From Camelus dromedarius (taxonomy: Eukaryota): a stretch of 64,000 nucleotides of DNA. Position numbers and translations under genes: made by a program. Positions within the stretch are counted from its first letter, which is position 1. The number at the start of each line of letters is the position of its first letter. Location: contig NC_087436.1 of assembly GCF_036321535.1 (NCBI RefSeq), positions 59,956,001 to 60,020,000 of the forward strand, written 5' to 3'. Positions 36,925 through 50,450 of this stretch are shown here, one piece after another. Under the pieces are notes generated by a model, which had not been told where the DNA came from, did no database searches, and worked only from the letters and a program-made list of their open reading frames with translations.

Positions 36925-37257
36925 CCTTTGATTTTTTTGATATATTATACTCCAGTTATTCAATCAAACACTGCTGTAGATGTGCTGGGAAGACATTTTG
37001 TAGTTATGACAACAGTTCATTACCGTTGACTTTAAGTAAGGGAGATTATGGATAATCTGGGTGAGACTTATTCAATGAGTTCAAAAGCCTTAAGAGCAGT
37101 TGAGGCTTCTTGATGAAGATAAAAATTCTGCCCTTGTCAAAATGTCCAGCCTGCCCTTCCTGATGCTGTGCATTCCAGATCTGGGGCTTGCCCAGCCAGT
37201 CCCCACAATCATATAAGCCAATCTGCTGGTTCTAGTTCTCTGGTTGATAACTGTACA
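36925..37257 (+). mobile_element. ERVL solo LTR (MLT2, MLT2D-like)
   Basis: ccagttattcaatcaaacact, gttgactttaagtaagggagatta...gataatctgggtg, gccttaagagca, ccccacaatcatataagccaat, tggttctagttctctgg. Confidence 0.85.
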
Positions 37258-37276
37258 GGGCAACAATGACATTTTT

Positions 37277-37390
37277 GAGAAAGGCTACAGCTCAGGTGCA
37301 GAGTGAGTGCTTAGCACACATGAGGTCCTGGGTTCAACCCCCAGTACCTTCATTAAAAAACAGTAAAATATAGACAAATAAAAATAAATA
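37277..37390 (+). mobile_element. Camelid-type tRNA-derived SINE (Vic-like) with A-rich tail and 14-bp TSD
   Basis: A-box-like cagctcaggtgcagag, B-box gggttcaaccccc, gcttagcacacatgaggtcctgg, A-rich tail. TSD aacaatgacatttt at 37262-37275 and 37391-37404. Confidence 0.9.
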
Positions 37391-37579
37391 AACAATGACA
37401 TTTTGGTGTTACATTCCAGTTTTGGTGAACCTCTAAATATTTCCTTTGAATTAGTGTCCTTGATTCATTCCTTATAAAGGGCTCATCTGATGAAATAATA
37501 TTAGTCCAGAATTGAAAGAGGAATTGTAAAATAAGCAGATAAAATATAAGTCATTGCATAATGACTACAAATAAACCCA

Positions 37580-38350
37580 CATTCAGCAAAAGCAGTCCTA
37601 CATAGTCATTACATTAGTGGCATTCACTGAGCTAGACCATGTCCAGGCATTGTAACAGGTACAGCAAAGGTTTTACCGTGGTGTAATTTTGTGTAGTGGG
37701 AAAACAACACCATACAGGAAGTGCTATCATGGAGGCCAGCTAGGGAAGTAATCATCAGGACTGGAACAGAAGGACTGCTACTATCTTGTTCACACCTGTT
37801 ACTTAGTACTTGTCATATATAACTTACTTACATACTATTCATAGATAATATGAGGAAACAATAAATATTTGCCTAGTGAATGAGAGTGAAGAAAAATGAA
37901 CTAAGTGAGGCATTAGGGGAAAGAGAAGATGCTAGCCAAGCACAGAAAAGAGTGCTAAAAGGCAATGGCATATGAGAAAAGTTACATATCTTGAGAAATT
38001 CAAATAATTCCACATGACTGGGGCCATAGACAAGACATGGGAAGTTGAAGAACAGAGATACAGATTATTGCCAATACCTTAAGGGCCTTCTAAGCAATTC
38101 TAAAACATTAGTTTTTGATTCTGAAGTTAACGAGGATGTGCTAACCAATCATTTAACAAAGACACAACTTGATTAGCTTTATATTTCCTACAAGCAGCTT
38201 GGGCAATGTCTAAGTACAGGAACAAGGTTAGGTGAGACCATTAACAATGCTACTGAAATAAATGGAGTGGGAAATGGTGAAGACTTTCTGTCATTGGAAG
38301 TGGTAGCCCAGTGGAAAGGAGGGGAAACAGTAAGAGTGCAGAGTATTCAG
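37580..38350 (-). mobile_element. LINE-2 fragments
   Basis: cattcactgagctagaccatgtccaggcattgt, aaataattccacatgactgggg, taagggccttctaagcaattctaa, ggtgagaccattaacaatgctact. Confidence 0.55.
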
Positions 38351-39266
38351 AAATGTTAACACTTTTATTTCAAATACATAATTACAGTTTATATTTACTT
38401 GCTTTCTTTATTAACATGAAAGACAATTCTCAGTATACTACAAAAACAGAAAATACAGTAAAAGTATGAATGGATAAGAAAAAAGAATTTGCAAAAGCAG
38501 TAAGTGAAGACTTCCAAATTAATTCAGAGGTAACTTAAAAAGTAGTTAAAAATTTAAAAATACATTGCACAATCATATTGTGTAAGGATAACATCATTGG
38601 GATATTTTAAAAGATGTTAATAAGTTGTATAGAAATTATTAATATATGAAATAAAAACTGACTAGAGAAAAAATGGAAACAGACAAAAATAACTATATCC
38701 TGGAAACATTAGACAAAACTATAAACGTAAAAAAATCATTAAATTTAGTCAGGCTTATCTCACATTATCCAAATTCTGGTACTTTTGTTGTTGAGTACAA
38801 TAGTAACCTTTCATCTTGTGACACATATTTGGACAGTTATCAGGTTTATTATAAAATTTTGTTCCTAGAAATTGAATCTTTTTAACCAGTTTAATATCAA
38901 TTTATTTCTTGCCTCGGCTTTTGAACAGTTATTTTCACAAATCTTTACATCGTACAAATATTTTCCAGAATGAAATTGAAATCTTATGAGTGATAGAGGA
39001 AAACAGAACAATGTAAAAATGTGAATTCAGTATGTAAGGGTACCTATTTTATTACTACAACCCAAGCACTGGAGTGTTTGAGGCAGACAATAATGTATCC
39101 TTGACACATCAAATGCAAGCTGATATAGCCAACGGGTTTCTTGAATGTTGAACATGGAATAAGCATGTATAAATCCCTCCTGACCCCCTCTTCTCTACTG
39201 ATTGCAGAGGAAGAAATTTATGGATAGTGTTATTTTACTTTATTAAACAGAAAAACATCTAATGGC

Positions 39267-39648
39267 TGTTATATGTGAAAATGTATTCCCCCCCAAAAAT
39301 TCATGTGGAGATCCTAATCCCCACTACCTCAGAATTTAACTGTATATGGCGAAAGGGTCTTTAAAGAGGTAATTAGGTTAAAATGAGGTCATCAGTGTGG
39401 ATCCTAATCCCATATTACATGCATCCTTATAAGAAGAGATTGGGACACAGACGCACCCAGAGGGAAGATCAAGTGTAGACAAGAGAGGTGACGGCCATCT
39501 ACAAACCAAAGAGAGGGGTCTCAGAAAAAGTCAAACCTGTGGATACCCTGAACCCAAACTTCTAGCCTCCAGGACTGTGAGAATGTAAGTTTCCATTAAG
39601 CCACCCAGTCTGTGGTGCTTGGTTATGGCAGCACTTCCAGACTACACA
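39267..39648 (+). mobile_element. ERVL-MaLR solo LTR (MLT1B-like) with 5-bp TSD
   Basis: TG...CA ends; cctaatccccactacctcagaat, gtctttaaagaggtaattaggttaaaatgaggtcat, ttctagcctccaggactgtgaga, taagccacccagtctgtgg. TSD atggc at 39262-39266 and 39649-39653. Confidence 0.93.
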
Positions 39649-40322
39649 ATGGCCATTTTAGGGAAAGGACTAAAGAATTATTTGCACTAATATCAGTAAT
39701 TAAATGAACTATAAATAAATAAAAGGAGCTTCAGTTTGAACTCCCACCTAATGACTGAATCTATATGGCTCCCACTACTGTCCTCTTCCATTTCAAATTC
39801 TCTGATGTGTCCATTCAGGCCATTCAGCTCATGCTTCAACAACTTTAATGTTGAGGAGTTTATTACCTTGTCATTCTAGCTGCCTTCTTCCAACTGTGAT
39901 CAAGATTGTTAGATTATTTAAAAATAAATTGTATGGAGTTTGTGTGTGTGTGAACATATATGCATGCTATATATAACACATATAGTACATAGATACATTA
40001 TATCCACATAAACATATATAACATGGAGAACATACAAGAAAGAATAAAGACATAGACAACTATTACTGCTTCTCAGATAAAAGTATTAAAAAGTTTATCA
40101 GCATTTCTTCATCTGTACAGCCACCATTTAGAGTGTAAGACCCTAGGTTAGGTATTTTCCAGGCTTCCACAGAAGGCTATATATAGGAACAATAGTAGCA
40201 CTAGAGGTCTGTGAAGTTTGTCATCAGTGGCACACTACTGCTTCTGAGTAATTAAAGTAGAAGGTATGTACTGTGTTCATTAAATTATCCATGCTAAACT
40301 TTGCAGGGCTGTTAATATACAT

Positions 40323-40701
40323 TGTACAAGATTGGCTTTTCCAAAGATGGCCACATCAACATATATCCCATCCTGTTTTGTGCCTTCTGTCCAGCTCTCT
40401 CTGGGGACACTTACTGTTGGGACCCAGAGGCCATGCTGTGAGGAATCTAAGTCCACATGGATGTTCTGGCTCATAGTTCCATCTAAGCCCCCAGTTGACA
40501 TCCATCAACAATCACTGAGCGTTTGAGTGAAAGGGCATTTATTTTAGCTGAAGTCTTGAATACCACACAGCAGAGGAAAGCTCTCTGCTGTACCCGGCCT
40601 GAATTCCTGACCCCCTCAAAATCATGAATGATGAATGATATTTGCTGTTTTAAGCCATTCAATTTTAGGAAAATTTGTTACACAGCAATAGATAAGCAGT
40701 A
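40323..40701 (+). mobile_element. ERVL-MaLR LTR (MLT1G/F-like), internally deleted
   Basis: ttccaaagatggccacatcaa...tcccatcc, gccatgctgtgaggaa, gaattcctgaccc, tgttttaagcca...ttgttacacagcaatagataa. Confidence 0.8.
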
Positions 40702-42024
40702 CTGTCATAAATAGCACTTACATAACTAATGACAAAGAGATTTTGATGCCCCTGGACAGGTTTTCATTAAAATTGTTACTTAAATGACACAGAAAAATTC
40801 TTGACATGAGTGCCACAAAAACTTGCCCACATGTTACTGTGTTTAAAAATTATAAAGGAAAATTACAAGGGACTGACCGGTAGTTAAAATTCTCATTCAG
40901 CACTTGTCTACAGCTCAATACTATGGAAATAAAAAATAATAATACTAACAGTTATTTATATATATATACCTCTATATAAATACATATATATATTCAATTC
41001 ATCTAGAGAAAAAAAAGTCTAGTAAATACGTTGAATTTCCCAGTTATGTCTCTCATTTCAAACCTAGAAAGAGACTTGGGAGCTATATTTGGAGCAACTT
41101 TGCTATAGCAAGTATAAATAAGAACCTGTTCTACCACTCAAAATAATTCTATATGAATATTCCCAGCATGAGATGAAGTCATAATTGTTATACATTCTGG
41201 GGGAAAAAATGAATGACAAGGCCTGTATCATTTAAATAATGCTTAATTAAAAATTTCTATAATCTGATATTGTGGGCTCTAGAACACAGAAAAAATAATA
41301 TTTTTAAAGGGAAAGGAGATAAGGTGCTTGATATAATAGAATATAAAGAATTTGAAAAGCATTCTACATAGGATTTAGATAGATAATTTCCACAGAGGAA
41401 GGATAGTTAAACAAAAATGCATTTTACTGTCATTCTTTTTAGATAAGTGCATCATCACAAATTGTTAAAAAAAATACTCTACATGGATTTGTCAAGGAAG
41501 CAAGACTAGAACCACAAATAAATTAAATTATAATCTTTTAAAAGAAATATTTCAAAACATATGGAAAAAAATTCTATATAACTATATGTAAGTGAAACTA
41601 TGTCGAATATAATTTTCCTATGGGTGTTGCCATTTATTACACAAAAATATATACAATTTTCTTTTGTGTCAGCTTTTATAATCACCTCACACTTCTCCTT
41701 TCAGCCCGAAGTTGTTCTGCCTCGGGAACTTTGTTAGCTAGGTGTTTGTTTGCTTTTTTTTAATACTGATGATTATTACACACAATACAGGCTGTAAAAA
41801 GAGAAAGTATCCTAGGTAATTTCATTTTTTTTCTTTTTATCAGAAAGAGCTCAGTAAATTTTCTCTCACATCTTTTGGTCTCTAATTTTTGAACTAGATT
41901 GAAAGTAATGAGTAGTTACATGATAAAATAAGACTATTTTTTCTAATAGCTGAATCTTTCAATTTTTTCCTATATAACTCCTTTTACTTCAAACATAATA
42001 CAGTCAATGTTATCACATAATAAA

Positions 42025-42118
42025 TCTCTCTCTCTCCTCCTCCCCCTCCCCTTTTCCCTCCTTTTCACCACCCTCCTCCTCTTCTACCCTTGCCCTCTCC
42101 CTTTTCTCTGTTCCTCTT
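42025..42118. repeat. Polypyrimidine/polypurine low-complexity tract
   Basis: About 90 nt that are almost all C/T on the plus strand. Confidence 0.8.
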
Positions 42119-44700
42119 TAGCAATACCTTTTTGGCTGATCAAAATAAAAGAACAAGCATCAAATGAATTATTAATCTTTGTTGAAGAAATTACGTTAGA
42201 TATATGGAGACTCCCTCTCAGGTTATGAGACATAATTGATTAGTCTTTAGCTCTGTAGTCCTGACGGTTATTTAATGGGCTTCACTTTCCAAAAGGATGA
42301 GGAGTAATATAATCTACATAATGTTCATCCTCACTTTTAAAAGTTATATAAATTATTCAGTTATCACCTAAAAAATCGCCACTCTTTAGAATTTTACACA
42401 TGAATTACAAACCACAAAGAAATATGTAAAGTACATAGTTTCAATAGATGATTTAAATAACACAAAGAAGTTAAATATATTACAGCTAACGATTTTAGGG
42501 TACTTACCCCTTACCATCATTAGAACAGACTCTGAATTGCAAAAAACAAACAAACAAAAAATCATCTTCCCCTAGCCTTCTTCTATTCTGCTTCATATGA
42601 AGTAATTGCCTAATATTTAAGATCAGTTCATTCTATACCTAAATTTCCATTTAGAAGAGACAGTGACATTATCAACTAATTTGAGTATGATTTGGTTGGA
42701 AGAAAAGGAGGTAGAGAGTCCAACTTAAGTAAAAATATAGAAGCCAGAATAAAGATGGCCTTTGAGGAAATTAGCATAGCTACAACCCATGGTTGAGCAG
42801 GTGAAATCAGGAAGTATATTACATAGGTAAAAACTGCTCTGGGGCCATGTTATGCAGAATCACAACTATTAAGGCAAGTGGTTGATATTTCATCTTGTGA
42901 AACCAAAGTTTTCAATTTATAAACAAATGGTAAATGTCCACAGGAGCTAATCTTGAATAATATATACCACTAATCAAATGGGTTAAAGAAAAGACTCTAG
43001 AAACATGTAACCAAATAAGTCAAGAAATATAGCAATGTTCTGTGCATTCACCAAATATAACAAATAACTGTAACAGCCCAATATTCCCAGAGGACACCAT
43101 GCAGTTTAAGAGGGAGGAGGAAGGAACCATAATAGCAATATCAAAACTTTCTTAACTTCCTCTAGATCTCTCCCTAAAGGAGAAGCATCTAACTTTCCCA
43201 ACAAATCTCTTAATTCTGAAGCATCATTTTCTTTATTAGAACACTCCCTCTCCTCAAACCCCAACAGCCTTCTTGGATGGATGGAAGTCATGTCTAAAAT
43301 TTGTATCATTGCAATTAAAGAAATGTCCAGAAATCACCACAACATCCAGAAATTATGTACATTTAAATAAGACACAGCATAATTTAATTTATATTCCAGT
43401 GTGAATTAAGATTCCTAGCCCACAAAACCTTGAGATTATTACTTCAGTCACCAATTTATTTAGATACTCATTGGAATACTATATCTGAAAGGCTACTGAT
43501 TTCAGCCCAGAGAAAATACTAGCCTTTGAAAAGCTCTTTAGTACAACTGGCTAATACTCCAGTCCTCCTTTGACATGAAAAATAATGTGTACAGATCCAT
43601 GAATAATTGTGTGTGTATGTAAAATAGAAGTTTTTAATATTCAAATTCAAATTCTGATATACATTAGTTTATTTATTCTCAGATTATCAATAATATATTT
43701 GTGACAACATAAAACATAACATGGATTTATTAGTATCAGAAAATGGCATTAATGATGCTGGTCCAATCTGTCATCATAGAATATGACATCACAGTAATGG
43801 CACCTTTGTCATTTAATATGGAAAGTACAAATATTACCAAACAGAAGCCAAGATTAGTGTCCTTATTAAATAATGGATGATAAAGATGTTAAAGGAATTT
43901 GAAAGATGTGACTTTTTATTTGGATAAGTTGGCAAAAACCTAAAATAGCTATGAGAAAAATGCCAGCTTTGTAAAATTCTTATAGAGGTAGTCCAGGGTC
44001 AGTGTTTCAAATGGCTACACTTTAGCTTCACCCTCAGTTATCTTCTCCTTTGTCATGTTGAAAAAGAACAAATGGCAGTTAGACATTATAAAGCATGAAG
44101 AATGCTCTCTCTGGCCGTAGTACTAAATTGTGTCAGAGATTGATCCTGGCTTTTAGGGATCTTTTGATTATCTGATCAGACCTAAACATTCATACTTGGT
44201 AGAAATCCATCTTGTTACTAAAAAATATTGCTGGTCTTCTTGACTGTTTTCATCTTTTTTTCTTTTGCAAGCATATAGAGGTGAATACATAGGGAAGAAG
44301 ACAGACATAAGTTCAACTAGAGTTACACTGGAGCCAATCCAAAGAACTAATAAACAAAATAATCTTGTTTAATCAACAGCTATATATTAGGATAGAATTT
44401 GCTTTGCAGCCCCTATTATAGAAACATGAGAGCTTTCCTGGGCTTGTCTTATTCTGTATGTGACAGTTTAGTTTCAGATATGTCTCATATCCAAACATTC
44501 ATCCATCAGAGATTAAAGATTTCTTGTGTCTGCTATTAGATACAGCCAACTTGTACGTACCAGGGTATAGACAGAAGGAACAAAAAAGCACCTGGACCAA
44601 CCTTTGCTAGACCCTCACATATTTGTCTCTTAACTCCATTTTCACAATAGTCTAATTGGAATGCTTTCTTCCTAAATGAAATAATTTCAAAATAGATAAT

Positions 44701-45079
44701 TGCTTTGGACTGAATTGTGTTCCCCCAGATTTAGATGCTGAAGCTATAACTCACAATGTGATGGCATTTGGAGATGGGGCCATTGGGAGATAATTAAGCT
44801 CAGATGAGGTCCGGAGGGTAAGGCCCTCAAGATGAGATTAGTGTCCATACAGGAAGAGACACCAGAGAGCTTGCTCCCTTTCTCTCTCCACTCCACGTAA
44901 GGACACTGTGAGGAGGCAGTCATCCACAAGCCAGGAAAGAAAGCTCTCACCGGAAACTGACCACACTGGCACCTTCATTTTGGAACTCTAGCCTTAAGAA
45001 CTATGAGAAAATAAATTTCTGTTATTTAAAGCACCCAGTATGGTGTAGTTTGTTATGGCAGTCCAAACTAACTAAGATG
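44701..45079 (+). mobile_element. ERVL-MaLR solo LTR (MLT1A-like) with 5-bp TSD
   Basis: tgctttggactgaattgtgttccccc, atttggagatggggcc...gggagataatta, gaagagacaccagagagcttgct, gagaaaataaatttctgtt. TSD ataat at 44696-44700 and 45080-45084. Confidence 0.92.
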
Positions 45080-47064
45080 ATAATATAGGCAAACTGGGGA
45101 GTTTTCATTATGAATAAAATTGTTAATATGAAAAGGGCCTTAAAATCAAAAACAAAATCCCAAATATTCAATTGTCTGGATTTTTCTTGGTTTGAGGAGG
45201 TCTCTAAAAGAAATTCCGATCCCAGATTTACCTTCTTAAAGGGTTCCTTGACTGAGGTAAAATCCTTTAAACTATCTCTTTTAGATCCTTCAAACCCTAA
45301 CTTGAATCTAACAAACCACCATGCTCCTTCACTAACTTTTGCTGCCTTCTTTTCTGATCTATTATTACCCTTTTTCTCCAGTCAGAAGTAAACCGTCAAA
45401 GCTAAATTACCTCCACCAGTTAAACCTCCCTGTGAATAGAGCAAGTCCCTGTTTTAAGGAACTTAAATTTGAAGCCTTGATCTCAGTATGAGTTCAGAGT
45501 AAATATTTAAGACTTTTCAAAGCCTAGACAGAAGAAAAAGATATTCTGGGATACATTTAAAATAGTTTTAAGAACATAAAATCAATCAAGTACTCCTGGC
45601 GCCACATCGGTTGGCGCACAGGTACTATATTAGGAAGAAAAGAATGAGAATAACAAATAGAAAATATCTTGCGGGTACTGTAAAACATCCCAAGTGCGTA
45701 GGGGGAAAAAATGAGAGAGATTTAGAAAAACTGTGCTATGGAACAAGATGTTTTAGAGACAGTCCTCAAAATCATTTCTCCGATCACAGATTGCACTCAA
45801 ATCTAGTCCAGCAAGCAAAGAAAGGGTAAGTCCACTGAAGATTTTGGGGATAGAATCTATGTCTTTAGAAAGTATTCAGAACCCAAAGTTACCCTGGCTC
45901 TCCCTGCACTTTTTTTCAGTGAATGTCCTTAAGCCAAACCCAGGAAACACAGAGGGAATGTCTCCACGAGGACATTCTGAAAGAGCCTTCAGACACGGCA
46001 GAATAAGACTCAAAATCAACTGATTTCTCTCTCCACTCCATTCATAAGTATCAGGAAAGAGATATATTAGAAGTATAGCTTTTTGCAAATGAGTTAAAGA
46101 ATATGACAATATTTCACAATTATTAAAAATAGTCTTTCAATGTATATACCTTTATAAGTTCTTTTACAATGATGATAACCAAAATTATACAGGAATGACA
46201 TAATGTTTTACCACTCATGTCTTTCTAATTTTTTTCATAGATACTAGCATGTCAATTAAAAAATCACAAATACTGTTATTTTTCATATTTCAAATATGCT
46301 GATATTGATCAATTCATTATTTCATTATCTGTACTGTGTCAAATAAAAACAAATTTTTCATAATGATTTAGGACCAGAGTACAATCACCTTGTCCTTTGA
46401 TAGTAGATAAATGATAGATGGAGATAGACAATAGAGTAGGAACCTATAACTGTCTTATTTAATGACATCAGTCTTAACTAATGTCAAGGATGTTCATCTA
46501 TCATATCTTGTTTTCCTTCAATAAATCTTTGTATATCTACTTATTATTATCTTTGTTTATTTTTAGGTTAGACTTTATAACTTTGCCAGTAAAATAAATT
46601 CATTTTAAAAGTATGTTATCCAGGAGCATAAATTAGTCCTTCCTATTCTTTTCCTACAATTGTCTCTTTCATTATTGCTGTATTATAGTATTAATCAGTT
46701 TTTTTGGTGAGTTACCTTAACAATGTCATTTATAAGTTCATAGTCTATGTAGAATTATAGAAATATTACACAAATATACCAATGTTTGGCAGCACAAGAA
46801 CAACAGCTAAAAAACTATAAAATTATGGGTGTATCAAACTTTGAAAGAATCCTATCTGAAACGTGGTAACTCTTAAGTAAGTGATTGTATTCATTGTTTC
46901 CCCATGTTAAGACCAACAGATTACTGGTTATAAATCTTTCTCCAAAAGCATTGCTATCTATCCCATTACCCATAACTTTAGTACTTTTAAAATTGTGCAA
47001 AATCAAGTTTGATTTTTTAAGAGAGATGAAAAAGTCACTGCATTAGGAATAACAATGATAATGA

Positions 47065-47292
47065 ATAAAATAATATAGTAGTTAACATTTACTGAGTTTT
47101 CTGTATCATGCACTATGATAAGCTTTTTAAATGTGCTATTTCATTTAACCCTCACAATATCTTTTTCAGGAAATTATTATTTATTTATTTTTACAGAAAT
47201 GAGAGGTTAATAAAATGCCTACAGAGCTCTGAAGTAGCTAATTCAGGGCTTTAAACCAAGTCTCTCTGTCTTCAAAGTCCATGTTTTTATCT
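47065..47292 (-). mobile_element. MIR SINE
   Basis: aacatttactgag...catgcactatgataagc...tcatttaaccctcacaat...ttttacaga...gaggttaa...aaaccaagtctctctgtcttcaaagtccatg. Confidence 0.85.
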
Positions 47293-47599
47293 AATGTTGA
47301 TAAAAATTCAGATGACAATTGGCCAAGAAGAAGAAAGACATACTGACATTAAATCACAACTATCTATTCAATTCCCAAGGATTGTTTCATGTATACTAAC
47401 GTAATAATTTCACTTTTGGAAATTTATGTACCCAAGTAATAAGAAATATCATATTTTTCATATTTAAATCCTATTAGTACATTCAAAATACTACATTGAG
47501 ACATAAACAAGCATCCACCAGCCTCACTGTGCTGATGTGGGTCACAGTACAAACAGAATATGAAATAACTCTGCTGACACATTATAAGCATTATCTCTA

Positions 47600-47770
47600 A
47601 CCTTCTCCACAACCAGCAAATTTGGTTTCATTATCCCCATTTATAGAAAAGAAAACAAAATGGGTTCAGGGATATTAGCCAATTTTCCAAAGACAGCCAG
47701 CTAGTAAGTAAATGGGGAAATTCAAGTTTAAGTTTTCTGCTTCCAATCTATGTATTCCTAACTCATCTTG
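47600..47770 (-). mobile_element. MIR SINE fragment
   Basis: cattatccccatttatagaaaagaaaac...ccaaagacagccagctagtaagt. Confidence 0.65.
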
Positions 47771-50069
47771 CCATCTATGTCCATCATGATGAATGATGAT
47801 TATCATTCAAGAGATTAAAAAATATATATAAGTAAGTATATATATATTATTCACTACATATATTTCTACATAAATACACACACATATATAATCTTCACAT
47901 AGATATGTGTCTTGAATATAAATTATATCTTCAAATCTAACAAAAAAGTATAAATTATCTTCCTGCTTCTAATTTTGAAGTTTTCATCCTATAGTGTAAC
48001 ATTTCCCTTGATTATAAAAGCTAACATAATATTACATGCTAGTATGTATATTGCTAATGGATAATATGTATATATGCATAATTCTATTATAATATACATT
48101 TACTATTACATGATTATATATATGGCACTATGTCAGATGAATCAATTTTATGGTTATAAAAATACTAGACTTACAGTCAGAAAAGTTGATTCTTACAAAT
48201 AGATCTGATTTTATCTGTTTATGTTACTTTAGGTCTCAATTATTTTGATCTAATGCACTGAAGACTAAAAATCAGATGATTTTTAATTCCCTTCTTGCTG
48301 TTAAGCTTTTATTCTCAGCTCAGCTTTTCATTCTGAAATACAAATGGTATTCAAAAATGTGCCTAGTGTACTTTGCACTCACAAGAGTCACATCATTGCT
48401 AAGCTGAGTATAATTTGTATTTTCTAGCTTAAACCATAGTTTTCTGCTGAAGATTCATAGTAACAAACTTATAAGTATCATTATATTATTTGGATTTTTT
48501 TCTGTTGGATTTTCTTAAAAGGTAACCCAAATTAAGTTCCAGAAAAGGACATTTTCATTTATTTATGATCAATAATGCCATTAATCAAGGTATGGCATCC
48601 TCCCTTAATATGACTGATTGTGTCTGCATACAAAAGTAAAAACAATCCCATTTGTAAGGATTGCTATACGTTGTCTTGTTATGAACCTTATCTGAATTCA
48701 GTTTTGTTCTCTGCCAAGTATATCCTAGATGTAAATAAAAATATAAATTTCTGTTAATCTATGATTTTAGATATTGAAATTTTTGTATTTTGACATAAAT
48801 TGGGAACATTATAATCTATTTAAAATGTAAAGTGTACTTATACTGAACAAAGTAATAAATATTAAAATAGCTCTTTTACGCAAATAGTTTTACAGTTTCT
48901 AAACAATTTAACAGCTTATCTAATATATGTAGATTGAAAACAAAAATCTATGTTCTTTTAAAGCAGACATCACAAGGAACATTTTAAATACGCAAAGTCT
49001 CTACAATTCAATCCCCAGGAGTAAAATTTAATTTTGACTGAAATTTTAAGTGTCATTATCTGAGGCAGCCATATATTATACAGCTCAAGTGAAAAAGAAT
49101 TAATATCTTAAAATATTGCCATGTTAATGATATCCATAAATCAGCACAAATAAAGTACTGTTAATTTGCCATCATTTAATGTTTCCCACCCTCTTACAGA
49201 GATGCAGACTTATTTACAAGCCAAAGGAACAATTTTTACTGGCCTAGTGGTAAATTAGAAGAACACTGCAATCCCATTGTCCCCTTACGCTTTTATTTAA
49301 GAGACAAACATCCACACAATTTGTCAACAGAAGAATTACTAGATTGGTGTTAATTGGATTAGTTTCTTCCTCAATAAACAATAATTGCAGGATCTAAATT
49401 TTAAGAGATGGATCCCTCCAGAAATAAAGCTTTTCTTGGAGGAACATGACTCTGGTTCCTCTATCTTGTATTTTAATTTTTCTAAGAAGTAAACTAATTT
49501 CGAATTGACTGGCTTAATATCAATATTAGATTATGAGATATATTTTTTAAATTTGCATTTAAGTTATCACTATTAAATGAACAGACACTTATAAAAGTCA
49601 ACAGAAAGTTGTCAGACTGAAATATTAGTAAATTTGGTCTTGTTTTTCACAAATATAAATTTGCTATCTTCCTCATCTCCTTATATTGATGAAACTTCAG
49701 TTAGTGAAGCTAAGAAAGCTAGAGTACTATTTGCTTGTTTAGAGAATTTTAATGCTGTCTTCATATTAGATTCAAAGATCAAAAATTACTTTTGCTTACA
49801 TTAAAAGAACATAATGAAAATGAAGAAGAGGAAAGAATGAGAGAGCTCATGAAGCTGACACAGGACTATTAAGGTACCATTCACCTAGAAACCAACACTA
49901 ACCACCTTGTGTCTAGTAAGAAAATAAGAATAAAGGAGAGAGGCAAGAGTTGGGAGGATTCAGTGAATAAGAAAACTTGGTGGACTGCTAAAATTACATG
50001 AACGCCTTCAAACCATAACTTTGGTCATAAACCTTAACCAAATCTCAAACACTCACAAAATAAAGCCTA

Positions 50070-50450
50070 ACCTCCCTGGTCTAAAATACACTTCCTCATA
50101 TCACATGCCATTAGTTTAACAGGCTCATCTTCCATCCTCCTCCCACATCACACAAGCCGATGTGCTGCACCCCAAATACCCTCTGCTCTTTCATGTTCAT
50201 GCTCCTTTACCCAAACCAGTCTCCTGTCTTTTATGTGTTGCTTCCTTTCTTTTTCAGCCTGACAAACTCCTTCTTATCCTTTAAAACTAAAGTCAAATGT
50301 TATCTTTTGAACTTCTTGCATTTTGTTGGGTGTTAGTAGTCACTGTTGTTTCTAATGTGGCCACAGCACATTCTAAAGACTTCGGAATTTTATGTCCTAG
50401 TGAGACACTCATGGCATCATTTCTCAGTGTCTAAGAATACCTACAGATAG
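50070..50450 (+). mobile_element. LINE-2 fragment
   Basis: cctgacaaactccttcttatcctttaaaactaaagtcaaatgttatc and the surrounding pyrimidine-rich L2-type text. Confidence 0.55.

Noticed and set aside
37277..37352. tRNA-like A/B-box sequence
   Set aside because: It is the head of a SINE with an A-rich tail and TSD, not a tRNA gene.
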